From Octopus vulgaris (Eukaryota), in contig OX597818.1 of NCBI GenBank assembly GCA_951406725.2, positions 13,144,001 to 13,208,000 of the forward strand: 64,000 nt of DNA, read 5' to 3'. The number at the start of each line of letters is the position of its first letter. Within the stretch, counting starts at the first letter, position 1. The notes under the pieces are model-generated. The model ran no database searches and was not told the origin of the DNA. It saw nothing but the letters and a program-made list of their open reading frames with translations. This document shows positions 12,288 to 26,139 of this stretch, in pieces. A program made the translations under genes and the position numbers.

Positions 12288-12679
12288 GTTAACGGAACCC
12301 ATAACAAAACCAACCAAAAGCGAAAAAACGGAGGACGGACAATCATAAATAAGTATAAAATAGTTGATTTATGAGGTTGCTCTCTCTCTCTCTCTCACAC
12401 ACACACAAGCGCACACACACGCACACACACACACACACTACTATGTTGCACCGGTTCAAAATACACTGTAAATACTCAAACACAACATGTGCCATAGAAG
12501 GCCGATACTCGACAGAAGAACACAACATGCGCTGCACAAACAAAACACAATATAAAATCTTGTACAACAGAAGACTCAAATCAAACCCCACAACAGAGCA
12601 TTCTGATTCCATACAATATCCCTTCTCCACCCCAAAAAACGGAGACACACCACCCAACTAGCACAAAGGTGTAACAAAT

Positions 12680-15600
12680 GATGCAATAGAAACTTGCTTC
12701 AAACTTGTAGATGATGAAAAATAATAGTGGTTATGACGATGTGAAGAAAGTTACTATACCTCAGTTTATAAGACAAGTTTCCGAAGAAACTTTGATTGTA
12801 ACAGCGAAAATGAAGCTGGAATTTAATGGAAGGCCTCTCGCTCGGCAGTGGTTCAATAAGGATGCAGACTGCCCACAGCTGTTATCCTAATACAACATCA
12901 GCAGTTAATAGACTAAGGAATAGGAAGTGGACCAGTGAAGAAGATAGGATAGTGATGTTAACACTTTGGGTAGCGATTGCTTTGTTTAAAGTGACTGAGC
13001 AGAGATTAGTTGATCAAGCTAATACTACTAGGAGAAGAAAATGGATCACAGAATTGGAAGTAGAAGAGATCACAAGACAAGTCAGTAAAAATGATAAACA
13101 ACATAAGAGATACAGTTCAACCCAAAGAAGAACCTAAAGGAAAATTAATAATAGTACAACCAATAAGGAAAGGCATCAACAACTTAAGTAATTAAAGTGA
13201 GGAATATCAGAATATTTAAGATGAGCTGCAGGAAGTAATGACTAAAAAAGTAAAACAAAGAAGGAAGCTGCTAGAAAGGACTTGGAAAGAAAGTATATTC
13301 TGTTATCAGTAGGATAGATATTAAGAATATAGGGGACACAAATTTATTAATCTATGCAGGAGGGACAGTAGTAATCAGAAGGTTAGATATCACACAGGGA
13401 AAGATTTAAAAGGAGACTACAAAATAAAGTGGAGACCTTCAGTCAAAATCTGAGTTGAATAGAAGCCTGGATAACAAACAGGTTAGGAAGCAAAAGGCGT
13501 AGTTCTTCCATCGAGAAAAGATACTTACTCAAAGAGAAAGGATTTGGGACACTAATAGAAGAGTTGAAACAGCCTATCATAGCAGGTAAGCTCTCCAGGT
13601 GTCAGAAAAGAATAGATCAGTATCAACAAAATAGATCATTTGAAGCACACCGGAGAAGATTTTATAAATAAGAAACCCAATGCAGAAGAAGCTAGAAAGT
13701 TTTGGAATAATATTTGGGATAAACCAGTCAATCGTAATCGAGATACAGTATGGTTAAAGAAAGTGAGGGAAGAAATCGTGTGTGAGAAGCAGAGAGTTCT
13801 AAAATTAGGTAGTGCATTTATGAGTAAAGTGTTAGGAAAAATGCCAGATTGGAAGGTCCCAGGGACCAGATTTACTTCAAGGGTACATAGGAGGCTGAGG
13901 TAACAACTTCAGGATTGCCTTCATGGAGGAATAATAACAGATTCGATGACTTGAGGGGGAACAATACTCCTTATGAAAGATAAAAGTTGGGGTAATACAG
14001 CTAGCAACTATAGACCAATTACTTGATTACCATTAGTGTAGAAGCTGTTAACAGGAAATATTTCAGAGAGCATTTACGAGCACCTTGACAACCAGGGTTT
14101 ACTACCAGAAGAACTGAAAAGTTGCAACAAGAAGTCTAGAGGCATGCATTATCTATCGTATATAGACAAAGCAATTTTAAATGTAGTCAAAACTAGAAAG
14201 AAACATCTAACAATACCATGGATGAATTATAAGATAGGCTATAACATGATCCACACTCACGGCTAAGTTAATGTTTTACTATATTCAGTATAGTGGACAA
14301 CATAAGAGAATTAATTAACTGTAACATGAAGAAATGGAAAGTAGATCTCTATTCTACACTCTTAGGGAAAGTTAATATAAAAAGAGGAATTTTCCAGAGA
14401 CACTCGTTGTCCGCTGTGATATTTGTCGTATATTTGATCCTCCTCAGTTTAGTATTCAGAAAGGCAAAGGCAGGGTGTCAGTTCAGAAAGAGTAAAGTTA
14501 AAATTAGCATTTGCTCTACATTGATGATCTCTAGCGTTTTAGTAAGAATGAAAGAGGGATAGATTCATTAATTCAGCAAAGATACAGGCATGGCATTTGG
14601 CATAGATAAGTGCGTAATATTAGTCATGAGAAGGGGACAGGTAGCCAACAGTGATGACATCCCATTACCAGATGGCCAGACAGTAATATCATTGAAAGGA
14701 GGAGAGAGTTATAAGTATCTAGGAGAATTAGAATCTGACAGAGTAAAAATTACAAAAAATGAAAACAAAAATTGAGAAGGAGAACATCAGAAAGGTAAGG
14801 AAGCTGATGAAGATGAAACTAAATGGTCCGAATCTAGTGAAGGGCTGAAAATAATTGGGTAGTATCATTACTTAGATAATCAGAAGCATTTCTAGACTGG
14901 ACAAAAACTGAATCAGCAAAGCTAGACAGAAGAGCCAGCAAGGAATTCAATATGAAGGGAGGACTTCACCCAAGTGCAGGAGTATCAAGATTATACCCAT
15001 CTAGAAAAGCGCGTGGAATAGTGGTGCAGAAACTGCGTGGAGTGAGCTAGAGTAGATACAGAATCCTATGTAGGTTATACTGAAGAAAGTTTATTAAAAA
15101 CTGTTAGAATCACAGCAAGACATGGCGAAACTAAAACACCATACGGACTTAAAAATCAGAAAAAAGAATAGAAATTATATGGTGTTGCATGGTAGATTCA
15201 CAAAGATAATTTCAGCAAACAGTAGTGAGACATGGCTATAACTGCAGAAAGGAAAGCTGAAAAGTGAGACAGAAAATTTGTTAGTAGCTGCAGAAGATCA
15301 AGTATTAAGGACTAATTGGATAAAAGCCGAGATAGACAAAATGCAAGTAGATTCCCAATTATGCAAATCAAAAGAGGAAAACGTTACTCATATAGTAAGT
15401 GAATGTAGCATGCTGGCTAGTATTTGAAGATACTAATAAATTGTAAACCTCGTAAATTACTAGAAAGTAAAAAATGCAAAAGATTATGGGACTTTAACAT
15501 TGAAATTGACAGAGTAATAGAATCTAGGTCTTATTTGGTAGCAGTAGAAGTAGTAGTGATGATGGTTGTTGTTGTTGTTGTTGGTAGTAGTAGTAGTTGT

Positions 15601-15683
15601 ATTAGTAGTAGTAGTAGTAGGAGGAGGAGGAGGAGGAGAAGAAGAAGAAGAAGAAGAAGAAGAAGAAGAAGAAGAAGAAGAAG

Positions 15684-15715
<32 letters not shown>

Positions 15716-16054
15716 GATAAAGAGAATAGAAAGTATCAGATATCTGACTTTACACTGCGAAATGATAAAAAATTGATATGATAAGTATAGAAAAATAGCA
15801 AAGTACCAGGTACTAGGTATTGAATTACAGCGATTATGGAAATTGCGGGCAAAATGTATCCCGGTAGTTATAGGTGCATTGGAAAATATCCCTAAAGATC
15901 TGAAAAGCTGCAGAAAACTATGTTGTTACGGAGAGCTAAGATATTTAGGAGGGTTCTTGGCTGTAACCTAATAGGAGGGTCCTTGTCATTTAAGTCTACT
16001 CGTTAGCCCGATGTTAGGATTCTTTTCTTTTCTCACAGTCTAGTTTCTTAAGTG

Positions 16055-16057
<3 letters not shown>
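12680..16057 (+). mobile_element. R4/Dong-clade RLE LINE, near full length, decayed
   Basis: RKWTSEEDRIVM N-terminus; FWNNIW, MPDWKVPG, NYRPIT, GIFQ..SLS, LYIDDL (~14514), GIDKC, YKYLG, LWDFNI, PVVIGALE; (TAA)n tail. Confidence 0.9.
15538..15716. repeat. Compound trinucleotide microsatellite (GTA/GAT/GTT/GAG/GAA) inside the Dong RLE motif
   Basis: Interrupts ...SRSYLVAV | VDKENRKYQISDF. Confidence 0.9.
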
Positions 16058-16150
<93 letters not shown>

Positions 16151-16151
16151 T

Positions 16152-16202
<51 letters not shown>
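16058..16202. repeat. (AAT)n microsatellite between two Dong elements
   Basis: Directly visible. Confidence 0.97.
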
Positions 16203-16204
<2 letters not shown>

Positions 16205-16890
16205 GTATCTCAACAGGCATGATAGAGCTGCACAATATATTCACTGAGTAATTTGCAGAAGCTTGGACTTGCCCCATGATAAAAACTGGTGGGAACACAA
16301 ACCACCTCCAGTGCTTGAAAATGACCACATCTCACTCCTCTGGAACTTCACCATTCAAACTGACAGAAAGAAAGACACAAATAGGCCAGACATCATAGTA
16401 AAAGACTTCAGACAAAAAAACAAGCCTCCTCATTGATATGACTGTCCCAATCGATATAAACGTATCTGTCAAGACCTACCAGAAACTGAGCAAATATAAA
16501 GACCTGGAAATAGAAATCAGCAAAATGTGGAACCTGAAGACTAAAACAATACCTGTTGTCATAGGTGCCCTGCGAATGATACCAAAAGGGGCTGATTGCT
16601 ACCTAACTCAGATACCAGGAAACCCCAAAATGGTAGAAATTCAAAATATAGTGCTCATGGGAACTGCTCATATCCTACGCAAAATACTCTCTTTGTAATA
16701 TCAAGTTTTAAAACAAACATAATTTTCGTATGTTTTTTTAGGCATTCACTAGTACAACACTAAGTACAAAACCAAATATATGGAACACTAGGCATAACAA
16801 CAACCTGAACTTCTAACCTGTTGTCTCTTGAGGTCTCTGGATGAGATTTGGAGCCAGCTTATGCAGATGTAAAGCAAAAGTCAAACATAG
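16203..16890 (+). mobile_element. R4/Dong LINE 5'-truncated 3' fragment
   Basis: YLNRHDRAAQYIH, LLWNFTIQTD, NRPDIIV, KLSKYKDLEIEISKMW..IPVVIGAL..LMGTAHILRKIL; (AAT)n on both sides. Confidence 0.92.
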
Positions 16891-17017
16891 AATAATAATA
16901 ATAATAATATTAATAATAATAATAAAAGAAGAAGAAGAAGAAGAAGAAGAAGAAGAAGAAGAAGAAGAAGAAGAAGAAGAAGAAGAAGAAGAAGAAGAAG
17001 AAGAAGAAGAAGAAGAA

Positions 17018-18630
17018 GATACTAAAACTGTACGCTAAAATGATAAACAGCTGGAAACATTACTACAGACAGTACGTACGTGAATTAACCAAAGAAATAA
17101 ACATGAAATCTGGCTTAGAAAAATGTTCCAAAGTAAACTTGAAAAGAGGAAAACTAGTTAAAAGTGGCAACATCACACTAGATAAAGCAAATAAAATAAG
17201 AGAATTAGTCCAAAGCCAAATGTAAAAAATACTTATCTATCAGTGAACTAGATACGATACAACACACACAAATAAAAGATGAGATGAGATGAGAAAAGAA
17301 TACCATAGTCATGTTCGATTAATACTGGAAACGGAGCGCAATGCGAAAACACGTTAATAGGTATCAACATGCTTGCCGTCACACTTATAAGTTACAACTG
17401 CAATATTCTTAAATGGATTCTAAATGAACTAATCATAATAGACATGAAAACAAGTAAAATAATGACAGGATTTAGGAAGCACCACCGAAAATATGACATA
17501 GAAATGGTATATATGAAACGTATCGAAGTTGTTAAAGTCCTTATACTGTAGAAAACTTTCACAAGATAACCGCCCTATGACTACAGAAATACCCACTTCA
17601 GAAGCAAGAAAAACTCATATAAATAACGACGAAACATAAGCAAAGCAAAGAACTGACAAATACGTAAAAGAAATCAGGAAGCTGACAAATGCAAAAAAGA
17701 AGTCAGTACCTGACAAAAATTAAGAAAACGAAGAAATAATAAAAGCTGTAAAACAACTGAAATTCAAACTAGACCTGGAACAGCAACCGATAATGATAAA
17801 ACGATGGCAATAAAAGCCCCTTCTTGGAAAATACTGGGTTTTAACTAAACAGAAAACAAAAGACAAAGCAAAGTCCCAAGAATGGCTGAGAAGCTCAGGA
17901 CTCAAAGCAGAGACTGAATGATTTTTAATTGCAGCACAAGTTCAAAGCCTCCCTATCGGAAATTACCAAAAATTGTTAATGAAAAGAAATACAAGTACCT
18001 GCAAAATGTTTGGAGACAGAGAAGAAACAATATATCATATTGCTTTTGGCTGCCCAATCCTGGCTAAGAAGGATTATATTCACCGACACCACAGAGTTGG
18101 GTCATATATACACTGGAAGCTATACCAATACAATGGAATAGCAACTGAGAAAAGATGGTATAAACACATGCCAGAATAGGTAACAGAAAATGAGAACGCA
18201 GCTATACTGTAGGATATGCCAATAAACATAAAATAAGACGGATATAGTTGTCAGAGATCACCAAGAACAAATGCTTTCTAACCGATGTATCAATGCCAAC
18301 AGATACACATTGTTTCTCTAAACATAAACGGAGAAACTTTCTAAATACACAGATCTGGAAATAGAGTAACTCAAATGTGGAATCTAAAAACAGAAAGATT
18401 TCCTGTCATAGTAGGCGCATTAGGTATGATAAAAAATATTCAGACAACTACGTAACAAAAACACCAGAACTAACAAGTGTAGATAACATACAGAAAAAAG
18501 CACTACTAGGCACTGCATACGTAAAACGCTTTCAATACAGTAAAAATAAGAGCAAAACAACAAACAGCAGCACATACCCAAGATACATTCTAGGCCACTG
18601 GTAGTAAAAATTCAAAAATTTTTCCTACCC
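17018..18630 (+). mobile_element. R4/Dong LINE 3' half, decayed
   Basis: LKLYAK, GLEKCSKV, WLRSSGLKAET, CKMFGDREETIYHIAFGCPILAKKDYIHRH, QKKALLGTA; same family as 61358-61785. Confidence 0.9.
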
Positions 18631-18712
18631 TTGTGTGAGCATGTATGTATGTATGTATGTATGTATGTATGTATGTATGTATGTATGTATGTATCTATCT
18701 ATCTATCTGTCT

Positions 18713-18754
<42 letters not shown>

Positions 18755-18764
18755 GTGTGTGTAT

Positions 18765-19060
18765 CTCCTTGGTCATGGAATTGCATCTTGAATGTTCCCC
18801 TCCGAGGCACAAGTCCGGGCAAGGTTGTGTATAGAAGACCAGTAGTCACTGATGCATACCAATCCCGCTTCTCCATGCCACTGATGTTATCCAAGGGAGA
18901 GGCAAAAGCCGATATATCTTGGCATCGGTGATGTAACTCATTTCTACAGCTTGGTGAACTGGGGCAACGTGATGTAGTGTCCTACTGAAGAAGAAAATCC
19001 ACAGCCCGGTTGGGAATCGAACTCACTACCTCATGATTGTGAAGCTGTAACCATTGAGCA
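18765..19060 (-). mobile_element. tRNA-derived SINE (second CORE-like family)
   Basis: Sense gagttcgattccc B box, acgttgccccagttcaccaagctgtagaaatgagt central block. Confidence 0.7.
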
Positions 19061-19799
19061 TACAAATAATAACTCAAATTGTATTGTGGCATGTATTTGA
19101 ACGACACATGGAGATACAGGTATAACAAATACAGTAAAACATTAATTCTTGATAAATTTATATATTTTCTTCACTGCCTCTGATCTATGTATCGAAATAT
19201 TGCAGTATGTATGCATTGAAAGAGAAAAAAACGAAAACGAGAAAGATAGACAAACAGATAGACAGCTGAATTTCATAATTCAAACTGTTAAATCGGCGGA
19301 TTCTGCAGTCGGTTGACTATGAATTTCCAACATATCACCTTTGAAGCTCATTATAAACGAGAAACGGAAATAATATTAGTAAGGAAAGCAATAATGTCTG
19401 TGTTCTAATTTTATATAATATTCAGCAAAATCAGGCATTTTAATGGGATATTGTTGTGTAATGTAAAGGAACCCTCTTCATCTTTCAGGTGAATTCCTCA
19501 GCAGGGTTACATAAAAATTTTAAGAAACGAAAGACTGATGTGTTACATAACCATATGTCTAAAAGCAATTAACAGTAAGTGATGGGAACAAAATAGCGTA
19601 ACATTGATTGTATAGACAGGAAGTTCCTGAAGAGAGTAACTTGGTGAGAGGAGAAGAAAAAGAAATTGAAGAAAGTGATTCTAGCCGTGTGTTTGAGATT
19701 AAGAAAGCGTAATGCAGGATTGGTGTATAAGGCGAAACGTACAAGTGGACAGGTAAACATACATTTACTTTCTCACCAAATTTCTCTCTACAAAAACGA

Positions 19800-20098
19800 A
19801 TAAAGAAATTGGAACTCCGTCAGTTACGACGATCAATGTTCCAGTCGATCCGATCAACCGAATAGCCTGTTTGTGAAATTAACGTGAAAATGGCAGAGCA
19901 CTCCACCGATACGTTAACCCTTAACCTTGTTCTTGGTGATATTCAGCGTGACACATATTGCAACAAAACACACACAACACCAAGTGAGTGGGCTGGAACA
20001 ATGTAAAATAAAGTGTCCAGCTCAAGTACACGATGCACCGCCGGAAAACGAACTCATGACCAGATGATCGTAAACCGAATACAGTAACCTCCTAACTA
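19800..20098 (-). mobile_element. tRNA-derived SINE (third CORE-like family)
   Basis: Sense gagttcgttttcc B-box-like, cttgagctggacactttattttacattgttccagcccactc central block. Confidence 0.65.
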
Positions 20099-20479
20099 CA
20101 AAGAAATCCATTCACAAAGAAATACACGCGCGTGCGCATACATACACACATATATGCACAGAGTTCTGAGAAATACTCCCACCTATACTTTTATAGTTAT
20201 ATTATCCAACTGCAATGGTCTAGAGTTAATACTCGTTCATAGCTAATCTACTAAGTCAGGCTGGTATCTGTTATTATTTTGAATTATTTCACTAGGTTTT
20301 ATAGCATAGTGGTAAATTGGTTACGCTATATTTATTACCGATGTTATATTCGAGCAACATCACTGCGTCAAACGGTGCCTGAATCTGGTCAAATCAGATG
20401 TTAGCGCATATTTATCTTACAAGTTCGTCCATGCTATACGCGTTTTGTTTCCATTTGATTATTATTGGTTGAGTGTTAT

Positions 20480-20760
20480 CAGCATTTAGAGTGGTAAAAA
20501 TAATCCATTGAATTATTCATATGACTATATTCAATTATGATGTCTGCCAGGAAAAGTTTTGAACATCGTTTGGATATGTTAAGTAGATCCTCAGCACTCA
20601 AAACAAGATCAAAAAGAGCCTGGAAAAGTGTGCCTTCGGTCTTCATCATAATATTAGAGGTAAACCAAAAGAAATGCAATGGAACTCGTAGGAGATATTG
20701 GGCGGTGGTCGATCAAAGAAATCTACGTTGTTTTTGATAGAGAAAGAAGCACTGGGATAA
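20480..20760 (-). mobile_element. Ancient mariner transposase C-terminal relic
   Basis: Minus frames IKNNVDFFDRPP / HFFWF..MKTEGTLFQ / ..DYF resemble HPPYSPDLAPCDFFLF..KLKGTRF..GDYF. Confidence 0.45.
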
Positions 20761-21074
20761 ATTTTTATTTTCTCAACGCTTCCTTTTCAAAGAGGTTTGC
20801 AACCGAATATAAATAATAACTAAATTACATTATTTCAGTAATTTCATATTTTTCTGCTCAGGGATTTGCGTAATACAATTTAATGCATCCATATATATAC
20901 ACACACACGCACGCCCACTAGGCCGCACACACACACACACAAACAGACACACACACATACACATACACACACACACACATACATACAGAGACACACCCAT
21001 GCATCTGCATATTTTTATTGAGAGTGAAAATAAGCAACACATATACATAATCATGTGCATACACACAGAGATAT

Positions 21075-21177
<103 letters not shown>

Positions 21178-21183
21178 AAATAC

Positions 21184-21227
<44 letters not shown>

Positions 21228-22431
21228 TATGAATGTTTCTTGAACAACAATGAAAATGATCAATGTATACAATACATGATTAATGAAAAGGATTTCAGGG
21301 AATTACATGGAAATACAACTAGAATTAATTCCATTAAGCACTCAGGTAATCCCTCGATAATAACCATTTCCTTGAATGTTCATTTGTAACCATACTCTTA
21401 CATATACTACACGTATTACTATACATTTATATGAATAGACAACTAGTTTATGAATCCTCTCTGACCGCAGGGGTTAGGGAGTTTTGAGAGCAGTATTTTG
21501 GTTGTGAATTCCTACAAGTTATTTAATGATATTCTTAATATCAAAATGTAATCTCGAGCACGCTATGATTTTTAAGAAAATTCAGGTTCCATTTTATACA
21601 AAATGAAATACAATGCTACCATAATTGTATTAGCAGTTCTTTGTTTTTAAGTTGATACTACCGAGTCAGCCAAAACATATACAGTTGACAAACACTTCAG
21701 AACTCTTAACTATCTTGTCGAATTTGAATCTATTATAATTCATTTAAATACTTATTGGCAGGTAATTAAATTAAATCTGAAATTGAACCCAACGTAAATT
21801 ATATTTCAATGGCTTCACAACTAATTGTTTATGTCAATGGGTGTGCTATTCAATGTCCTAAACTCTGTTATCATTACTCTCGTACTCACCGATGTCATTA
21901 GCTCTGTATGCTTTTGGTTATGTGTCTGTTATTCATACACTGTTTCTATGTTCCAGAAAGAGAGAAACATAGGAGGAGAGAGAGAGAGAAAGAGAGAGAC
22001 AGTCAGACTGAGTGAGACAGAGACATACAGTCAAACAGAGACAGAGAAAAAGCAAGAAAGACAGGGAAAGAAAGACAAAGAAGTTTAACATGAAATTAAA
22101 TGCGAAGAAAGCGGAAATTTTGAGCGTCATAAAAGAAACCATCATCAGCGCTACCAGCAACTATTCTCTCTGTTTCACATTTTGTTTTTGCTCTGTATGT
22201 GTCACCACTACGCTGTCAGTTTATATTTTTTATCCAAGCGGAAATTTTATGCTTAGATATATAACAGTAATCAGATGGGTTGCTCTAGCGTACCAGCCAC
22301 GATCCGGCAATCAAGTTTACTCCGTGACAAAATACGAGAAAATAAGTGAAAAGTAAATAAGAGAAACATAAAGAAACGTTCTAAGTGAAAGAAATATTGG
22401 TTATATTTCTTTAACCCATTAAGTTTTTTTT

Positions 22432-22842
22432 ATTTGTTTCAATCATTTGACTGCGCCCATGTGTTCCATGTGTGTGTGTGTGTGTGTGTCTGTGTATCCC
22501 AACCATCTCTTGACAACCAATGCGGTTCGGCAAAAAGGACTGATGGAATAAGTACTAGAATTACAAAAGTATAAGTCCTGGGGTCGACCCCAGGACTTAT
22601 ACTTTTGTAATTCTAGTACTTATTCCATCAGTCCTTTTGCCGAACCGCATTGGTTGTCAAGAGATGGTTGGGATACACAGACACACACACACATATATAT
22701 ATATACGACGGGCTTCTTTCAGTTTCCGTCTACCAAATTCACTCACAAGGCTTTGGTCGGCCCGAGGCTATAGCAGAAGACACTCACCCAAGTTGCCACG
22801 TAGTGGGACTGAACCTGGATCCATGTGGTTGCTACTTACCAC
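22432..22842 (-). mobile_element. CORE-type SINE containing an inverted duplication
   Basis: Standard SINE blocks plus palindrome 22478-22693. Confidence 0.88.
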
Positions 22843-23084
22843 GGAGAATATTGTTAATGGTTAATGTATTTTAACTAGGTGTTATCTAAAATACTATTCC
22901 CAGTTGGGTTAATCGAATGGTTCTGGGTTAAGCTACGTGCATTAAATTGTGGGTATAATCAGATAAGTTGTGCTTCGAAAATTTACGAACTCGTAAAGGT
23001 TTCATCTTAGAATGTCGGCGCAGTCCGATCTAATAAAGTTGCGTGTTTTATTTTAGGAATACAGATATTGTTATTTTTTGCAGG

Positions 23085-23450
23085 TCCCGAAAGTGCTGGC
23101 GGCATGTAAACAAAATGACTATCATTCTACAATTAATAGAAACATGATATGTACATAAAGCCTCATAATTCAAACTGCTACATCGGATGCACCAGTACAA
23201 GTCAGTTGAGGATGAATTTCCAACAAATCCCCTTTACGGTTTATTATAAAAGAGAACTGGAAATAAAATTGGAAAGGAATGCAATAATGTTTGTGCTAAA
23301 ACGTTACATGGCATTCAGTAAAATTTATAGGAACATAGATGGGTTACTCATAATAACAAATCACAAACATAAACAAAACTATCAAATAAATATATATATA
23401 TTGCATATTTACCAATGAACAAGTTTAAATCCAGGTTTGAGGGTTTTATT
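23085..23450 (+). mobile_element. PLE GIY-YIG endonuclease relic
   Basis: CRSRKC-like linker, then NCYIGCTSTSQLRMNF resembling YIGxT..RMN. Confidence 0.45.
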
Positions 23451-23799
23451 AATCGCTCTTTTGTCCTTGAGATTATAGGGTGTATGTATACAACGGGATC
23501 AATTGGAAAATGAGTGTTTGGAGTCCTTCATAGCTTTGTACACACACACAAACACACACACACACACACACACACATACACACACACACACACACACAAA
23601 TATATATGTATAACGCTTCCAAGCAAATGTATACGCAGAAATGCATCGTCATTGAAAGATATATCCTTATATATACATGAGTATACATGTGTATATATCT
23701 TCAATTACGTAAAATAATATATACAATATTCATACGCATAACCATGCATGCATACTTACATACATACAAACATATACATACATACATATACATACATAC

Positions 23800-23830
<31 letters not shown>

Positions 23831-23859
23831 CATGTGTGTGTGTGTTTGTGTGTGTGTAT

Positions 23860-23998
23860 GTTTGTCCCCCCACTATCGCTTGACAGCCGTGTGTTTACGT
23901 CGCCGTAACTTAGTGGTTATTCAAAAGTGAACGATTTCCTAGACTAAAGGCGGCGCTCCAGTATGGCCGCAGTTAAATGACTGAAACAAGTAAAAGAA
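23860..23998 (+). mobile_element. CORE-type SINE 3' half
   Basis: cgcttgacagcc...gactaaaggcggcgctccagtatggccgcagttaaatgactgaaacaag. Confidence 0.8.
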
Positions 23999-24003
23999 TA
24001 AGA

Positions 24004-24049
<46 letters not shown>

Positions 24050-24057
24050 TGTTTTAT

Positions 24058-24106
<49 letters not shown>

Positions 24107-24111
24107 TTCTT

Positions 24112-24464
24112 TTATTCTTTTACTTGTTTCAGTCATTTAACTGCGGCCATGCTGGGGCACCGCCTTTAGTCAAGAAAATGGAACTCAGAACTTCTTTGTT
24201 AGCCTACTATTTATTTTATCATTCACTTTACGTCCCCGCTAAGTCACGGGGACGTAAACACACGGCTGTTAAGCGATGGTGGGGGGACAAACATACACAC
24301 ACACAAACACACACAGACACACACATATAAATACGGCAGGTTTCTTTCAGTTGCCGTCTACCAAATCCACTCACAAGACTTTAGTCGGCCCAAGGCTATA
24401 GTAGAAGACACCTACCCATGTGACTGGTAAGCAAGCTACTTTCCACACAGCCATTCCTGCGCCT
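24112..24464 (-). mobile_element. CORE-type SINE, near full length
   Basis: Both halves present; tail-to-tail with the 23860-23998 copy across (TA)n. Confidence 0.85.
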
Positions 24465-24479
24465 GTATATATAAATTAG

Positions 24480-24955
24480 ATATCATGACTATATTTCGGC
24501 TAAAGATTGGTTCAGGCCATGTCTGCCGTAATAGCAACACCTCATAGGATTCGCTAGATCTATTTTAAATCAAGTTTTGTGGTATTATGGTTGATTCGAT
24601 AAGTGTGTTCTTGTTGAGTGAGTTGTATCCAGGTATCGGTGGTTTATCTGGTATTCCTTGAAGAAATTGGTCCAGATTCCGTTTAAGCGTGATGGGATCC
24701 TTTTCTTCTTTGATCTGTCTCGGAACAATGTTAAATATGGTAGGGCCTTAAGAGCAAAAGAAATTGTGTTGCAGTGTATGTGTGCTGCGATCCTGATTTG
24801 GGTAGGGGTCGTATGGCCCGTGGTCCTAGTCTTGGACGAATTTTAAAGCTAATGTTGAGGTCGTTTGGAAAACGTTAGTGGTGTATTCTCCACAGCATGC
24901 AACTGATGCATCGCTCACGGCGGCGCTGGAAAGACTAGTGCTTCAATACTATAAT
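24480..24955 (-). mobile_element. CR1/L2-group LINE 3' fragment
   Basis: Minus translation SFQRRRER..LWRI..RPRLG..GPTIFNIVP..KRNLDQFLQGIPDKP. Confidence 0.8.
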
Positions 24956-25149
24956 GCGGTCGCAATAATTAAGAAAAGTCATGCCCTTATTTCTTTCAGT
25001 GAATGCTTTATGGGGGGTGATTCCGTTTTAGAAATGTTTTGATTTGTATGGGGGGAAACAGCAAGCAGCAGTTTTCGAGGTGTGACCGTACAAAGGAGGG
25101 GAAAATAGGAATGATAACACCTTGTTCCCTGGACTGGAAGGTACTGAGG

Positions 25150-25238
<89 letters not shown>

Positions 25239-25620
25239 TGTATGTATATAAGAATAATTTTAAATAATATCTAATGAATATCAAAAAAATTCCTAAATAC
25301 TGAGCTTTCAGGATGCAGAAATATATACTGTGTTGCATTAATAAAGCCTTCGAATTTCCATTCACATGTTATTATCTCTGTTGTACACACACACACACAC
25401 AAACACACACAAACACATACGTATATATATATACATACATGCATATATATATACATATATATATGCATATATATGTACTTATATATATATACATATATAT
25501 AAACTTATATATGTATATACATGCATATTACATATATATTAATATATGTATATATATATAGAGAGAGAGATGATTAAGGGGGAGAGAGAGATGATTGAGA
25601 GAGAGAGGGAGAGAGGAAGA

Positions 25621-25678
<58 letters not shown>

Positions 25679-25892
25679 AAATGCAGATATTCTCTCCTCT
25701 GCCTTGGCGAACAAGCTCAGGGGCAATTTCCTCGACTTTAATATCTGAAGATAAATGCCATGTCTCATGTTTTCTTGTGCCAGAGACACAAAGAATATCG
25801 CTGTAGTATTGGACTAACAAGGACTAAAAGTAAAGAATGCAAATTACGAAATGAAAAATATAGTAACCACAGACACAGACACACACACACAC

Positions 25893-25951
<59 letters not shown>

Positions 25952-26139
25952 TTTACATGTATTTATGCATACTGGTACGTATACATATACAAGTACATAC
26001 ACTTCCCTACATAAATACATACACACATATACACATATATGTGCATATTTATATAAGCACTTAAACGTGGTACTTTTTCAACCTATCTCGTAATGAACAA
26101 CACTCAGTTATTAATCACGTAAAAGAAAAGAAAGGAGAA

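Noticed and set aside
12440-12675. Possible additional R4 RT fragment (..TPPN*HKGV)
   Set aside because: Similarity too weak to call
19611-19712. Glu-rich + strand frame QEVPEESNLVRGEEKEIEE
   Set aside because: Low complexity, poor splice signals, ends in a stop
25700-25750. Minus-strand DIKVEEIAPELVRQG after a good acceptor
   Set aside because: No GT donor; runs into (CT)n
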